A stretch of 64,000 nucleotides of DNA from Selaginella moellendorffii (lineage: Eukaryota; Plantae; Lycopodiophyta): assembly GCF_000143415.4 (NCBI RefSeq), contig NW_003314277.1, forward strand, positions 321,183 to 385,182, read 5' to 3'. Position 1 is the stretch's first letter. Each line of letters starts with the position of its first letter. The position numbers and the translations under genes are program-made. Below are positions 50,913 through 61,930 of this stretch, piece by piece. The notes beneath the pieces are model-generated. The model did no database searches. It worked only from the letters and a program-made list of their open reading frames with translations, and was not told where the DNA came from.

Positions 50913-52397
50913 TCAAGGGCGACTAGATTTCGTGGGCGATCGAGCTGGGCAAGCGTTTGCTAGGAGCACAAAGAAAGGAGAGGATGTTTCCACGAGGAGC
51001 TTCGCGTGATCACGCTTGGATCGATGCTCCAAGCTCCTATACGAGGAGGCGAGCAAGCACTTCCAATCCAGCGCGTCCGGCACGAATGGCATCGTCGCGA
51101 TGAGCTCCCATGCCTCGTCCAATCGCCCCAGGCGCCCACAGAGATCTAGCACGCAACAGTAGTGCTGCTTGGTGGGATTTAGGCCGAAATCCATTCGCAT
51201 CGACACGAAGCTCCTCCTCGCGGCCTCGAGCTTCCCGGCGTGGCTGCAAGCGAGGAGCACCGACACAAAGCAGGATTCGTCGGGAGAGTGCGTGAGATTC
51301 ATCGTGTTTAAGACGCGAAGCGTTTCGCCGTGGAGCAGGCAGCGCGATTGAGCGTACGCGGCAAGGATCGAGCTCCATGAAACGATATCTTTCTCGTCCA
51401 TGGCTTCGAAGATCTTCCCACACTTCGCAATTTGCCCTTCTTTGGCATATGCTGCGAGAAAAGTGTTCCAGCTTACTTGATCTTTGATATCCATCTTATC
51501 AAACAAAACTTGTACTTCATTCATACATGCGTGATACGAAAAAGATGCGAGCATCGCATTGCATGAGACCACACTCCAAAAAGGAAACTTTGCAAAGATG
51601 TTCTTTGATTCCCGCAAATGCCCATTTTGGGCATATGCGAAAAGCATTGATGTCATGGACACGACGTCGTGCTCCGGAATCTTTTCAAACAAACACGTAG
51701 AATCTTCGATTTTACCGCATTTTCCATAGCCCACAAGCATTGCGGTAAAGGTGACGGCGTCCCATCTCGCCATCTGATCAAACAAAACCCTCGCTTTTCC
51801 GACTTCCCTGCTTTCGGCATATGCTTGAATCATGACATTTGATGCCTCGATTCCCCACACTGACATCTCCAGGAAACACAACTCGGCCTCGGATATTCTA
51901 CCACATTTTACGTAAGCCCACAGCATGGCCACCCACGACACCATATCACGCTCCTCCATAGCCATAAAAACATCCACGGCGTTTTCCAAATGCCCCGTCT
52001 GGGCAAAAGCGACAATTGTAGTCGTCGATGAAACCACATTCTGTTCCGGAATCCTCTGGCATATTTGCAACGCCTCTTCCCTCAAAGAATGGTGAGTGTA
52101 CGCAACTAGCATGATATTCCACGCCGCAAGATTCCGCTCCGGAATCTCCTCAAAGAGTGACTGCGCTATGGAAATATGCCCGTCCCGGGTATATGCGGAG
52201 AGCATAACAGCCCAGGAAATAGCGTCGTGCGCCGGCATCGTATCAAAGAAAGGACGCGCCTGGTTTGATCTGGAGTAACAATTTAGCATCGTGTTCCATG
52301 AGATGAGGTCCCTACATGGCATTTGGGCGAAGAGAAGCTCGGCTTGGGCTAAATCTTTCACTTGGGCGAGTGCTACATTGAAATTTCTTAAAGTCAT
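50913..52397 (-). CDS. PLS-class pentatricopeptide repeat protein (494 aa, partial E domain, no DYW)
   Basis: Intronless ORF with repeated xFxxMPxxDxxSW..AY motifs, VLLACSHAG, PTKQHYCCVLDLCGRLGRLDEA, MPFVPD. Confidence 0.9.
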   Translation of the reverse strand: MTLRNFNVALAQVKDLAQAELLFAQMPCRDLISWNTMLNCYSRSNQARPFFDTMPAHDAISWAVMLSAYTRDGHISIAQSLFEEIPERNLAAWNIMLVAYTHHSLREEALQICQRIPEQNVVSSTTTIVAFAQTGHLENAVDVFMAMEERDMVSWVAMLWAYVKCGRISEAELCFLEMSVWGIEASNVMIQAYAESREVGKARVLFDQMARWDAVTFTAMLVGYGKCGKIEDSTCLFEKIPEHDVVSMTSMLFAYAQNGHLRESKNIFAKFPFWSVVSCNAMLASFSYHACMNEVQVLFDKMDIKDQVSWNTFLAAYAKEGQIAKCGKIFEAMDEKDIVSWSSILAAYAQSRCLLHGETLRVLNTMNLTHSPDESCFVSVLLACSHAGKLEAARRSFVSMRMDFGLNPTKQHYCCVLDLCGRLGRLDEAWELIATMPFVPDALDWKCLLASSYRSLEHRSKRDHAKLLVETSSPFFVLLANACPARSPTKSSRP

Positions 52398-52497
52398 CTT
52401 AGGTCAAAGTTGGATTAGTCTTGAGTTCGAATCGAGGTGTTATTTAGGGCTGCTATATTAAAGTCGTGGGCTTTAAGCAAATTATTAGCATCTCTAA

Positions 52498-52579
52498 GTC
52501 GCTTTGGCCGAGTGGTTAAGGCGTGTGCCTGCTAAGTACATGGGTTCTGCCCGCGAGAGTTCGAATCTCTCAGGCGACG
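52498..52579 (+). tRNA. tRNA-Ser (anticodon GCT)
   Basis: Acceptor stem GTCGCTT/AGGCGAC plus G. D arm TGGCCGAGTGGTTAAGGC, anticodon loop CT-GCT-AA, long variable arm, T loop GTTCGAATC. TATA-like tatattaa ~45 bp upstream and a T-rich terminator downstream. Confidence 0.96.
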
Positions 52580-53872
52580 AGATTTCTTTTAGGGTTCTTC
52601 TGTTGGAAAAACTTTGGAAACAACCGTCGATAGCCTTCCATCTCTTGCTGGAGCTGGAAACTCGAGAGAAAATCGCTGGTGTCGAGAGTGTCGACCAGTC
52701 GGGTCACCTGCTCTTCGTGGAGCGCATTGGCGTCTTCCATCTGGAGCTGGAGATCAAGAGTTTGCGAGACAAAAAGAAACTAGCGATCAATCCCTCAAGA
52801 ACAAGAAAGGACGTACCCGATCGAGCAAAGTCTCCTCGATCAAGTGTTGGTAGTGCAAATTCCTGAGCTTGGACAAATTCTCGGCCTCGCGGCTGTAGGA
52901 ATCGATGATCCTGGGCAGCGTCTTGGATGAGGACCCGGTGGAGGAGGAGAGGCGATCGATCTCGGCTGTGCCGGCGCGCCGAATCGCCACTGGCCGTGGA
53001 ACAGCGCCCAGGAGGAAGATGGTTTTGGTGGCGGTCTGGACCGCATTCTCGGCATTCTCTTCGCTCGCCATCTCCACAGCCGCCCATCCCATGGACTGGT
53101 GCCCGGGCTGGAGGGGATTGCGAGCCAGCTCCACGCGATTGATGGTGCCCAGCTGCGATAGTCCCTGCCGCACCGCTGCTTTGCCCGTGAATGGCGAGAG
53201 GTTCTCCACGATCACGGTGCGGCGGAGAAGATCCTGGCTCCGGGAGGGCGCCGCGACCTGATCTGGTCGCAAGAAGCATCGCTTGAGGTCGTTCTGGCCC
53301 TTTCTCGGACGAGAGCGCTTGCAATCTCGGATCTTTCCCTCTCGACGTCGCGGAGGCGCTGTGGCTGGCTCGATCTTTCCTCGTCGCGACGAAAGATGAG
53401 CTTCGCGATCGGGATTACGTACCAGCGATTGATCTAGCTCGCGAAGGGAGCGATATTTCGGTGGAGCCGACGCTGGCGAGCGCTTGCGATCTCGAAATCC
53501 CTCTGGAATCGGCGCCGGCGGCGCTGCTAGAGAAGCTGTCGATGGATCGACAAGGAAAGACGATTCCCCGGGAACAGGCGGCGGTGGATCAGCGGGAAGA
53601 GGAGGAGGCGACTCTTCGCCGGAGAGAGGAAGATCGAGGCAGCCGTTCTCCATAGCCATAAAGAACGAAGCTTGTCGAAATCCCTCTGGAATCGGCGCCG
53701 GCGGCGCTGCTAGAGAAGCTGTCGAGGGATAGACAAGGAAAGACGATTCCCCGGGAAGCGGCGGCGGTGGATCAGCGGGAAGAGGAGGAGGCGATTCTTC
53801 GCCGGAGAGAGGAAGATCGCCCTCCATAGCCACAAAGAACGAAGCTTGAACGGGGTAGAATATCCCTCCCAT
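52570..53872 (-). CDS. RRM protein resembling AIPP1/EDM3, with a duplicated proline-rich N-terminus (exons 53872-52817 and 52746-52570)
   Basis: RTVIVENLSP..LSQLGTI..AVEM..FLLGAVPRPV resembles the AIPP1/EDM3 RRM as recalled. A GT..AG phase-0 intron at 52816-52747 restores a helical tail LQMEDANALHEEQ. Confidence 0.72.
53492..53848. repeat. Two-copy in-frame tandem repeat (183 + 174 bp)
   Basis: QASFFxAME..DLPLSGEESPPPLPADPPPP..PAPIPEGFR occurs twice. Confidence 0.95.
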
Positions 53873-53910
53873 GGAGCGTTTGAAAACAAATACGCTATGG
53901 GAGGTTTATT

Positions 53911-53920
53911 CTAGGGTTTT
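53911..53920. promoter_or_regulatory. Telo-box (AAACCCTAG on the minus strand) in a putative bidirectional promoter
   Basis: ctagggtttt lies between divergent ATGs at 53872 and 53929/53986. Confidence 0.5.
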
Positions 53921-53985
53921 CTCTCTGGATGCTGGCTCGGCCATGGCAGATCGGAAGACCTAGGATCGAATGCTTGGCGAGGGGA

Positions 53986-56900
53986 ATGGCGCAGCAGTCG
54001 CGATCGCCGCTGGCATTGGCGGCAGCGAGCCTTGGGGCCGAGGAATGGGATCTCACAACGGAGGAGATGGATTCCATGGAGAGGAATGCCGCGCAGGAGC
54101 TGGCTGCCCGGCGCCTGGATTCACCGCTTAAATCGCATCCGGAGCTCCTGGCTCGAGCGGTGGAGGGGAGGACATCGCAGCAAAGCCCCTCTCCCCCCGT
54201 CTCGCCTTTCTCGAAGCGGCCTTTGCGTCTCAAGCTCTCCAGAGATGGGCACAACATCGCAGTGGAGGCTCCCTATAACGCGGTTAGTTTTTCCGATCAC
54301 ACCAACGTGAGAATGGGAAGAACATCACAACTTTTTCGTGTTAATGCAGAGCCTCATAGCGGCCTATAAATCTGTTGCTGGCCATGAATGGGATCGCGGT
54401 CGAAGGCAAGCTTTTGCTTTCCATGTTTCATAATTTTTCTCTCGAGTGTTGGTAGGCTTTGGTTGTTTCCCGAGCACAATGTCCAAGAACTTCTGAGGGC
54501 TGTGACTGGCACTCCCGACCTTGTGCTCGACGTATAACTTTCTTCTCCTTCTTTTAACGAACATTAACTTTTCCTTCTTTCTCTTTTGTAGGTACAAGCA
54601 GTTCCTCCTCTCAAGCTACCTCATCTTAATTATGGCTGGAATCCGCCTTCGTGCTCGGGTACATATCAAATGCCTTTACGTTGTCGTATTAATCTCGTCA
54701 ATCTAGGACACGGATCTTCTCCGTTATGTACTCCGACAAAGTCTCAGGATAGCCGAAGTGGCATGGCTGAAAACGCTGGTTCTCCTCTCAAAGAGCTAGT
54801 GGTACAGATTTTCTTGATAGATGACAACCGTATCGCGGCTCGAAGTCCCTATAATCAGGTCCTATTCGAAGAACTTTAAGAAGTTTGACTGGCTCTTGAT
54901 TTTTTTTACCAGAATGTTAAGCAAGCTTGCCAGTCTGTTACTGGAAAGCTTTGGAATAACGAAGAAAGGTAAGAATTGTCCTAAGAGCTGTTGAATTTTT
55001 GAACTGTTTGTTGTCTCTTTCAGAGTATGGACTTACCCGAGATCTAGCTTGATTGATCTGGTGCGTGCGCTGCGGAGTGTCTCGTGTCCACGGGTTAACG
55101 TATGAGTTATTGCTTGCTTGATATTAGCTGACATCATCCGTAACAGGTCGAAGTTACGCCTCCGTTAATTCTTCCTCCTGATCAGAGCTTTGGTGAGCCT
55201 TTAATTTTCTTTTCCTTTCTTTCTTGGTTTTTACGGGCGCAACCACAGGTTCAGTTTCTCCTTGCAATTGGAATAGAGGTGAGAGCGAAGTTTACTCTTT
55301 TGCTGCCCCCGAGAAACTGCCGCCTACATCTGATAACTTATCTAAGCAATTTGTGAAGTTGTTTCTTCATAGCACTGGCCTTATTGCTGTCAAATGCGAA
55401 CCATCTCAGGTACAGCTTTTTATCAGACATATTCTGTGATGTTTTCCATCCATTTACAGAAACTGATATCGGTTTTGAAGTCCATCTCAAAAGCATTTTG
55501 GAACTACAGAGAACGGTGGGATGAACGTATTCATATTTTCTTATTGTTATTTATGCTTTCAGGCTGTGGATGTTTCCCCCTTGTTCTTTGTCCGAAGCAG
55601 AAAAAGCTTTTGCAGAAGTACCTTGTGAAGTAAGGTCGAATACAATTGGGATATATTACTAACTTGTTTTTACAGATAGAAGCTTTTGGACCATTAGTGC
55701 GGCGTGCTTTAGATTTTCAGCGAGATGTTTCTGATCTTATTGGTAAACGCTTCAGAGATGTTCTGAAACTGATGGTTTTTCTATGTCTTACAGGTTATTA
55801 TAAGAACATTCCTGGCCACCTAGAATCAAGCCTTATGCCCTTTCAGCAGGAGGGAGTGCAGTTCGCGTTGCACCATGGCGGACGAGCTTTGATTGCGGAC
55901 GAAATGGGGCTTGGGAAAAGTGTTCAGGTATGTATGTAAACAACGGTAACAGCTTTTGAACGACATTTTTGTGCAGGCAATAGCTGTAGTGTCTTGCTTG
56001 AGGGACTACTGGCCGGTTTTGGTGATTGTTCCGTCGTCATTGCGGATACACTGGGCTACTGTTAAGTTTTCTTAATGTTACAAGAAAGTTTTGTCTTTCT
56101 TACCCCTTTTTATTTTCTTTTTCTTGTTATGTTTCTTTTTGCTGCAGATGCTTAAAACGTGGCTGGAAATTCGTTCTTGCGACATAACGGTATGTTTTTT
56201 TTTCAATCGTTCTATCCGTAGACGGTTTCATATTTCATGCGAGATAGATCGTTTTGAGTCAAGGGACCGGATCAAGTCAGGGATACACTATCGCGCACTC
56301 TCAAGGGAAAAAAGTGCTGCAGCTGGGTGGATTATTTAATATCATTTCGTATGACATGGTGTCAAAATTGCCTGTGGATAACTTCAAGGTGGGATGAATA
56401 TGCATTATTATCATTTTCTTTTTCCCTCCTAGGTTGTTATTGCAGACGAGTCTCACTACATAAAAAACGCTCAAGCCAAGCGTACCAACGCCTGTGTTCC
56501 TATTATCCAAGTACGTAAGTTTCTCATCTTCTTTCGCTGAGAGTATCGCTTGCCAGAAAGCGAAGTATGCAGTGCTTTTGACAGGCACTCCTGCTCTGTC
56601 TAGGCCAGTCGAGCTATTTAAGCAGGTTTGACATCACATAGTTTTACGTCATGAAAATTCAGGAGTGCAAACTAACAGCTAGAGGCGCTTCAACCAAGTG
56701 TTTATAGTGACTTTCACGAGTACGGGCAGCGATACTGCAGCGGGGTAATGAGGCATTGTTTTCTGCTCATAGCATTCACTATTCTGTCTTTCAGAGTCAT
56801 TTTGGCATATATCAAGGGGCAAGCAATCGTGAAGAGCTTCATGCGCTGCTCAAGAGTACCGTTATGATACGGAGGCTTAAGAATGATGTTCTTTCTGAAC

Positions 56901-58294
56901 TTCCTGAAAAATGTCGCGAGCAGGTAAGTTTATTAATTTGATTAGCTTGTGTTCTTGAAAGCCTTGCAGGTTTTTCTGTCCTTGGACATGAAAAGCACTA
57001 GACAACTTCGTGCTCTCATTAACGAGGTACGTTTTGTTTTTCTTCTTCTTCTTTACGTTGTTGACAATGTATGTCATTTTCCTTTTTCTTCTTTTTGTTT
57101 TTCTTTTGTTGCAGCTGAAAAGTATCCGGGAAAAAATGCAAAATTCGACGGAAAGCGAGACTGAGAAATTGAAGAGGGAGGAGAAGGTTCTAATCACTAA
57201 GGTAAGCGGAGGGAGATTCTAAAGTTCTAAGTCTTACGTTTATCTATTCTAAAGTTATAAGTCTTACGTTTATCTATCTGCTAGATATATGCGGAATCAG
57301 CTGTTGTAAAGGTTCCAGCTGTTCAAGATTACTTATCCACGATGCTCGAGGTACCTGCAAGCTTTCCCAAGTTGAGGCTATTGACATGTTTGTTTTCCAG
57401 ACGAATTGTAAGTTTCTTGTTTTTGCTCACCACCATACTATGGTGAACGGCATCGACGAACACTTAAAGGTTCATTTGCAAAACATTTTCAAACAATTAC
57501 TTATGCCTTTTTCCAACGCAGAAAAAAAATGTGGAGTTTATTAGGATAGACGGAGACACATCACCTGTGATTCGTCAAAGTATGGTGGACAAGTTTCAAA
57601 ACAACGAGAAAGTGAGAGCGGCTGTGGTATGTAGCTATCGCAAAAATTTGCCGGCTAAAATGCTATCATTTGCAGCTAAGCATACGGGCCGCCGGCCTTG
57701 GTCTCACTTTAACTAGCGCTAGTACTGTCATCTTTGCCGAGATGACTTGGACGCCTGGAGATTTGATTCAGGCGGAAGACCGTGCGCACCGTATTGGTCA
57801 GGTAATATCCATCTTAGCTTTATCAAGCGTTTCTATGTTGCCCGCAGAGGTCATCTGTGAATATTTACTACCTCCACGCCCCAGATACTATAGACGATTT
57901 TATCTGGTACTACTTTGCTTGTCTTTTAGAATGCTTTTTCTGATGGACGTGTGATGGGACAGGGAAACAATTCATCGCAAACTTGGGAACCTTGGTCAGG
58001 TATGTGATCTTCCATCGCTGCTTAGTTTTTGTTTGCAATCCTACAGTTATTTTCTTTCGCCAGGTGCTAAATGGTCGAGAAGAAACGATGCGCGTGGCTT
58101 CGCCTCTGCAGCATCGGCAGAGAACTATAAACAACTACTTGCGACCATGCTCGAGAAATCTGTCCGAGCAATATGAGAAAGACAAGCCAGGAACTTCGGC
58201 AGCAATGGAATCAAGTGATGTTTCGCGAAAATTATCGCTTGGAGATGGCAAGCCAGTCGAAAGTTCGCCGTTCAAGCGTCCCAAGCTCTTGTAA
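53986..58294 (+). CDS. SMARCAL1/HARP-like SNF2 annealing helicase (CHR18-like), many short introns; start could instead be 53929
   Basis: [12 protein letters not shown]-terminus, HARP-like repeats, [58 protein letters not shown], and basic C-terminus KRPKLL*. Confidence 0.9.
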
Positions 58295-58506
58295 AGTAGA
58301 TGTCAAGATTAGACCCTTGTAAAGTTTAAACTTAGATTGGCGGGAGATATTTTAAGGCGGAGCTTCCGATTCGGAGTGCATCGTGAGTCGACAGTTCTCT
58401 TCCCAGTGTTACAATATATATCTGTCTATATGCTGTTAAAAGAAAAACACTCAAAGATGTAAAGAGCCTTAGAAAAGCACAGTAGCTTGCACGGAAGAAA
58501 CCTGAG

Positions 58507-58836
58507 CTACGATCTCTTGGTTGATTCAAATGGAAACTTGAGCCTTGTTTGAGCTCGTTCAACAGAGTCTGAAGCTTTCTCTGGTAAAGGTTTGAGATCG
58601 ATCAGCCATTGGCTTTCTCCCATTATGAACTTTCTTACAATCTGCATCAATTGACACAGGGATTTACTCTTCTTTTCAGTGCAGGTCTTCTCTCCCGGAT
58701 GGCATTGGAATGCTGTGCGACACAATGCTGGAGCCATGGCAGCCAGTAATCTCCAGGATAAGAGGAGCTGCCAGCTAGCCACTCGATTGTAAGGGGAGTG
58801 TGATGAGTTTTGTCGAGCAGCAAAAGTTAGAGTGCC
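58507..58836 (-). CDS. Possible terminal exon of an unidentified gene
   Basis: GC-richer island with an acceptor-like tcacag|gcact, then an open frame GTLTFAARQNSSHSPYNRVASWQLLLSW...STKRS*. No upstream exon identified. Confidence 0.3.
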   Translation of the reverse strand, partial: GTLTFAARQNSSHSPYNRVASWQLLLSWRLLAAMAPALCRTAFQCHPGEKTCTEKKSKSLCQLMQIVRKFIMGESQWLIDLKPLPEKASDSVERAQTRLKFPFESTKRS

Positions 58837-60422
58837 TGTGAGGTGAATTTAACTATTTAAGAATTTTATGAAATAAAAAATGTTTTTATTAGAAAATAAA
58901 ATATTAATTATTTTATATTTGGTAAGGATATATGTTATTTCTTATTTCTTAAAGATGATATATACATACACACAATAAGCAAATGTTGGATGAGTACAAA
59001 TATTAATAATTTTATACAATTTTTTTCTTTTTGATGTCTTTATATATATACACTATACAGAATAAACCATGTATGTTTAGAACATTAATATGAAAAAAAT
59101 ATTTACTAAGTAAATATTATTAATAAAGATATTAAATGCAAAGTACTATTTAGGAGCATAAAAGTATTTAAAACACTAAGACTTTAAGAAAACTTAATAT
59201 GAAATCTAAAAATAGTAAATAAAAATTGCTAAGAAGAATTTTTTTATACTTATTACATGTGGAATTTAAATATATTTACTACATTCTAGATCAATAAAGT
59301 AAAAGAAGCAGTATTAAAAATGTATTTTATTAATTATATAAAATATATTTTTAGAGAAATCATTTATAAATAAATTAAACTGGTGGCTTGCCATCTCATC
59401 TATTATTGCTTTTACAAATTGTGTTAAAAAGTGAATTTTTGCAATGACTTTGTTCAAATCCTTGAAATTTACGCAAAGTTGAAACTTACTATTAGTTTTA
59501 TATATAGGAATTAAGTTGGAAACCCATTAAAAATGCTTTATAGGATAGATAAAGTTTAAAGAAAACTTAACATATAAAAAAATTTATAATACTAAGAAGT
59601 TAAGAAAATTAATATATTAATACCTAAACTCAAATAATAATAATTATTATTATTATTATTAAATTAGGGAAGCATTATTTATTTATATGTGCTTACTTGG
59701 AATATAAATAAATATACAATACTAAGATTTTAAGAAAATTTATATTGAAATAAAGACTTTTACATAAAATCAAACACCTAAAATAGAATCTAATTTAATT
59801 AATTAATATTTAAATAATATAAATATTAGCAAAGAATTAGTTTACTATGTATTTTACTTAGAATATAGAACAAAAAAATTTTAAGAACACTAATACTACT
59901 ACCTAGACCAGGTGAAACTAAGAAAAGAATTACAAAAACTATTTTTTATTAATACATGCTAAATGCAGACTAAAATTCCAAACCTAATATTCCAACTATT
60001 AAACTATATTTGTAATTAGTCAACATATTTTAAAATATTAGTGCTTAATAATGGTTGTAATTGTGAAAATGGTTGTTTATACTTCTATTGTTAAAGGTGT
60101 TTAATTTTTTTTGTAATAAGACTAAGCTAACCCATAACTTGAGCTGAACCTTATGTCTAAAATGTAAATCTCATGCCTATAACAAGGGATTTATATGGAA
60201 TTAATGTAATTGCTCAATCTCAATAGATCAGTACAAATAAAGAATTGCCTTATCAATTGGTGAGGAGAAACTCTATCTATCAACCAAACATATACATAAA
60301 GAAGAAAAATGTATGATAAACTACTTAGTTATATGGTTTTAATTTAAATCAAAATGAATTTTAATCATAGTATCCAAGCTTTTTTATCTCTAGGAAATGA
60401 TATTCTTAGCCTAATGGTTTTG

Positions 60423-60661
60423 CCACCTAAGCAACATCTACTGCACAATCACCAGTAGACTTGGTAGCCATGCCCTACAAGAACCACAAGACCTCTTGTT
60501 CTCGTACCCATAGGCTAAGTGGCATCTAATTATATTAGCTAATTGAGGTAATTCTTGGTTCAAAGGTTTCAACCACCTGAGCAACATTTGCTGCACAATC
60601 ACCAATAGACTCAGCAAATATACTCTATGGGAACCCTAAGAGCTCTTGTTCTTGTGCCCAT
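60423..60661. repeat. Degenerate direct repeat, period ~150 bp
   Basis: ccacctaagcaacatctactgcacaatcacc..ctcttgttct at 60423 matches ccacctgagcaacatttgctgcacaatcacc..ctcttgttct at 60573. Confidence 0.7.
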
Positions 60662-61768
60662 CGCATAAGGAGTTTTCCAGAAGCAAAAACAAATTAATAA
60701 GTGATGCAAAAGGGCCACAAACCCACAACAAGCAACATTTTTTTTCATCTGTTATCCATGGCTTATAATTCTCTGCCCCAATCTCCCAAATTTATGCCCA
60801 TGAATTCAAATGATAAACACTCACCAGAGAATTGAATGCTAATAGCAGACTAGATCAATCAATTTCCCATGGCACTTGGTTGTTAGATAGCCATAGCACT
60901 CCACATGTCACTCCTTTGCTCATACTAGTCCAGCCTTAGGGAGAGAAGCAAGAACTTTTGCAAAAAGAATGGATAAGATAGTATATGCATGAGTTAAGCA
61001 TGGTAGACTCAACATACTCATCCACAAACCATGGAGCTCTTGGGCCTCCATCTCTAGCACTAGGTGGCCATTGACCACCACTAACATCCCTATGCTTAAG
61101 CAGCATAAACTCTTAGGCCTCTATCTTTTAAGAGTCATAGATGATCTATGTGTTAAGAGAAGAAAATATTGCAAATGAGGAAAAAACACTAAAAACATGA
61201 CCAAAAAAATAAATAAAAATGAAAGAGTATAAAGTAAAGAAAAAGGATTAAATGGCAAATTGAAGGATTTACATTTATCTGAAATTACTCATTACAATTT
61301 AAAACCACTCAATCTTGTATACATCATCTTCCTATAAACTTCATTTTTGAATATTCTTTAAATTTTGAATTATATCATCTATAACTCTCCAATTGATGTC
61401 ACAATTATGCTCCATATTAATGAGAGATAATAGAACATTAAAAATAGGAGGCACTATTGTCCCATAAAGGTTGAAAGTGACAATACATTAAGGATGGACA
61501 CAACATTAATATGATCACACTTTACAACATCAAAAGCTCAATTCAACAGAATAGTATTAGTAGCTTTAAGTGACACTCTTTCATCAATGAAGGCATGGCA
61601 TAATGGAAGAAAGAAATGTAATCAAGATCAAATTGAAAAACAAAGTTAAGTATAATAATAACTAGAATTCCATTTTTAGCAAGATGTTAACATAAATTTA
61701 GATCTAAAAGAGAATGAAGGATTATAAACAAAAACATGATCTTGAATATTAGAGTAAAGCACTATATT

Positions 61769-61779
61769 TATATATATAC

Positions 61780-61869
<90 letters not shown>

Positions 61870-61930
61870 GTATGTATGCATAACATACATATATACATGC
61901 ACACATACATACATACATACATATATATAA
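61769..61930. repeat. Compound microsatellite (TACA)n(TA)n(TGTA)n
   Basis: Directly visible. Confidence 0.97.

Noticed and set aside
52504-52866. 120-aa plus-strand ORF starting in the tRNA
   Set aside because: Non-ATG start inside the tRNA; it is the antisense shadow of the RRM gene's exon 2.
1-58294. A functional gene cluster linking the ATPase-RNase III gene with the RRM, helicase and PPR genes
   Set aside because: Adjacency in a compact eukaryotic genome is not evidence of shared function, and the sequence shows no common regulatory signal.
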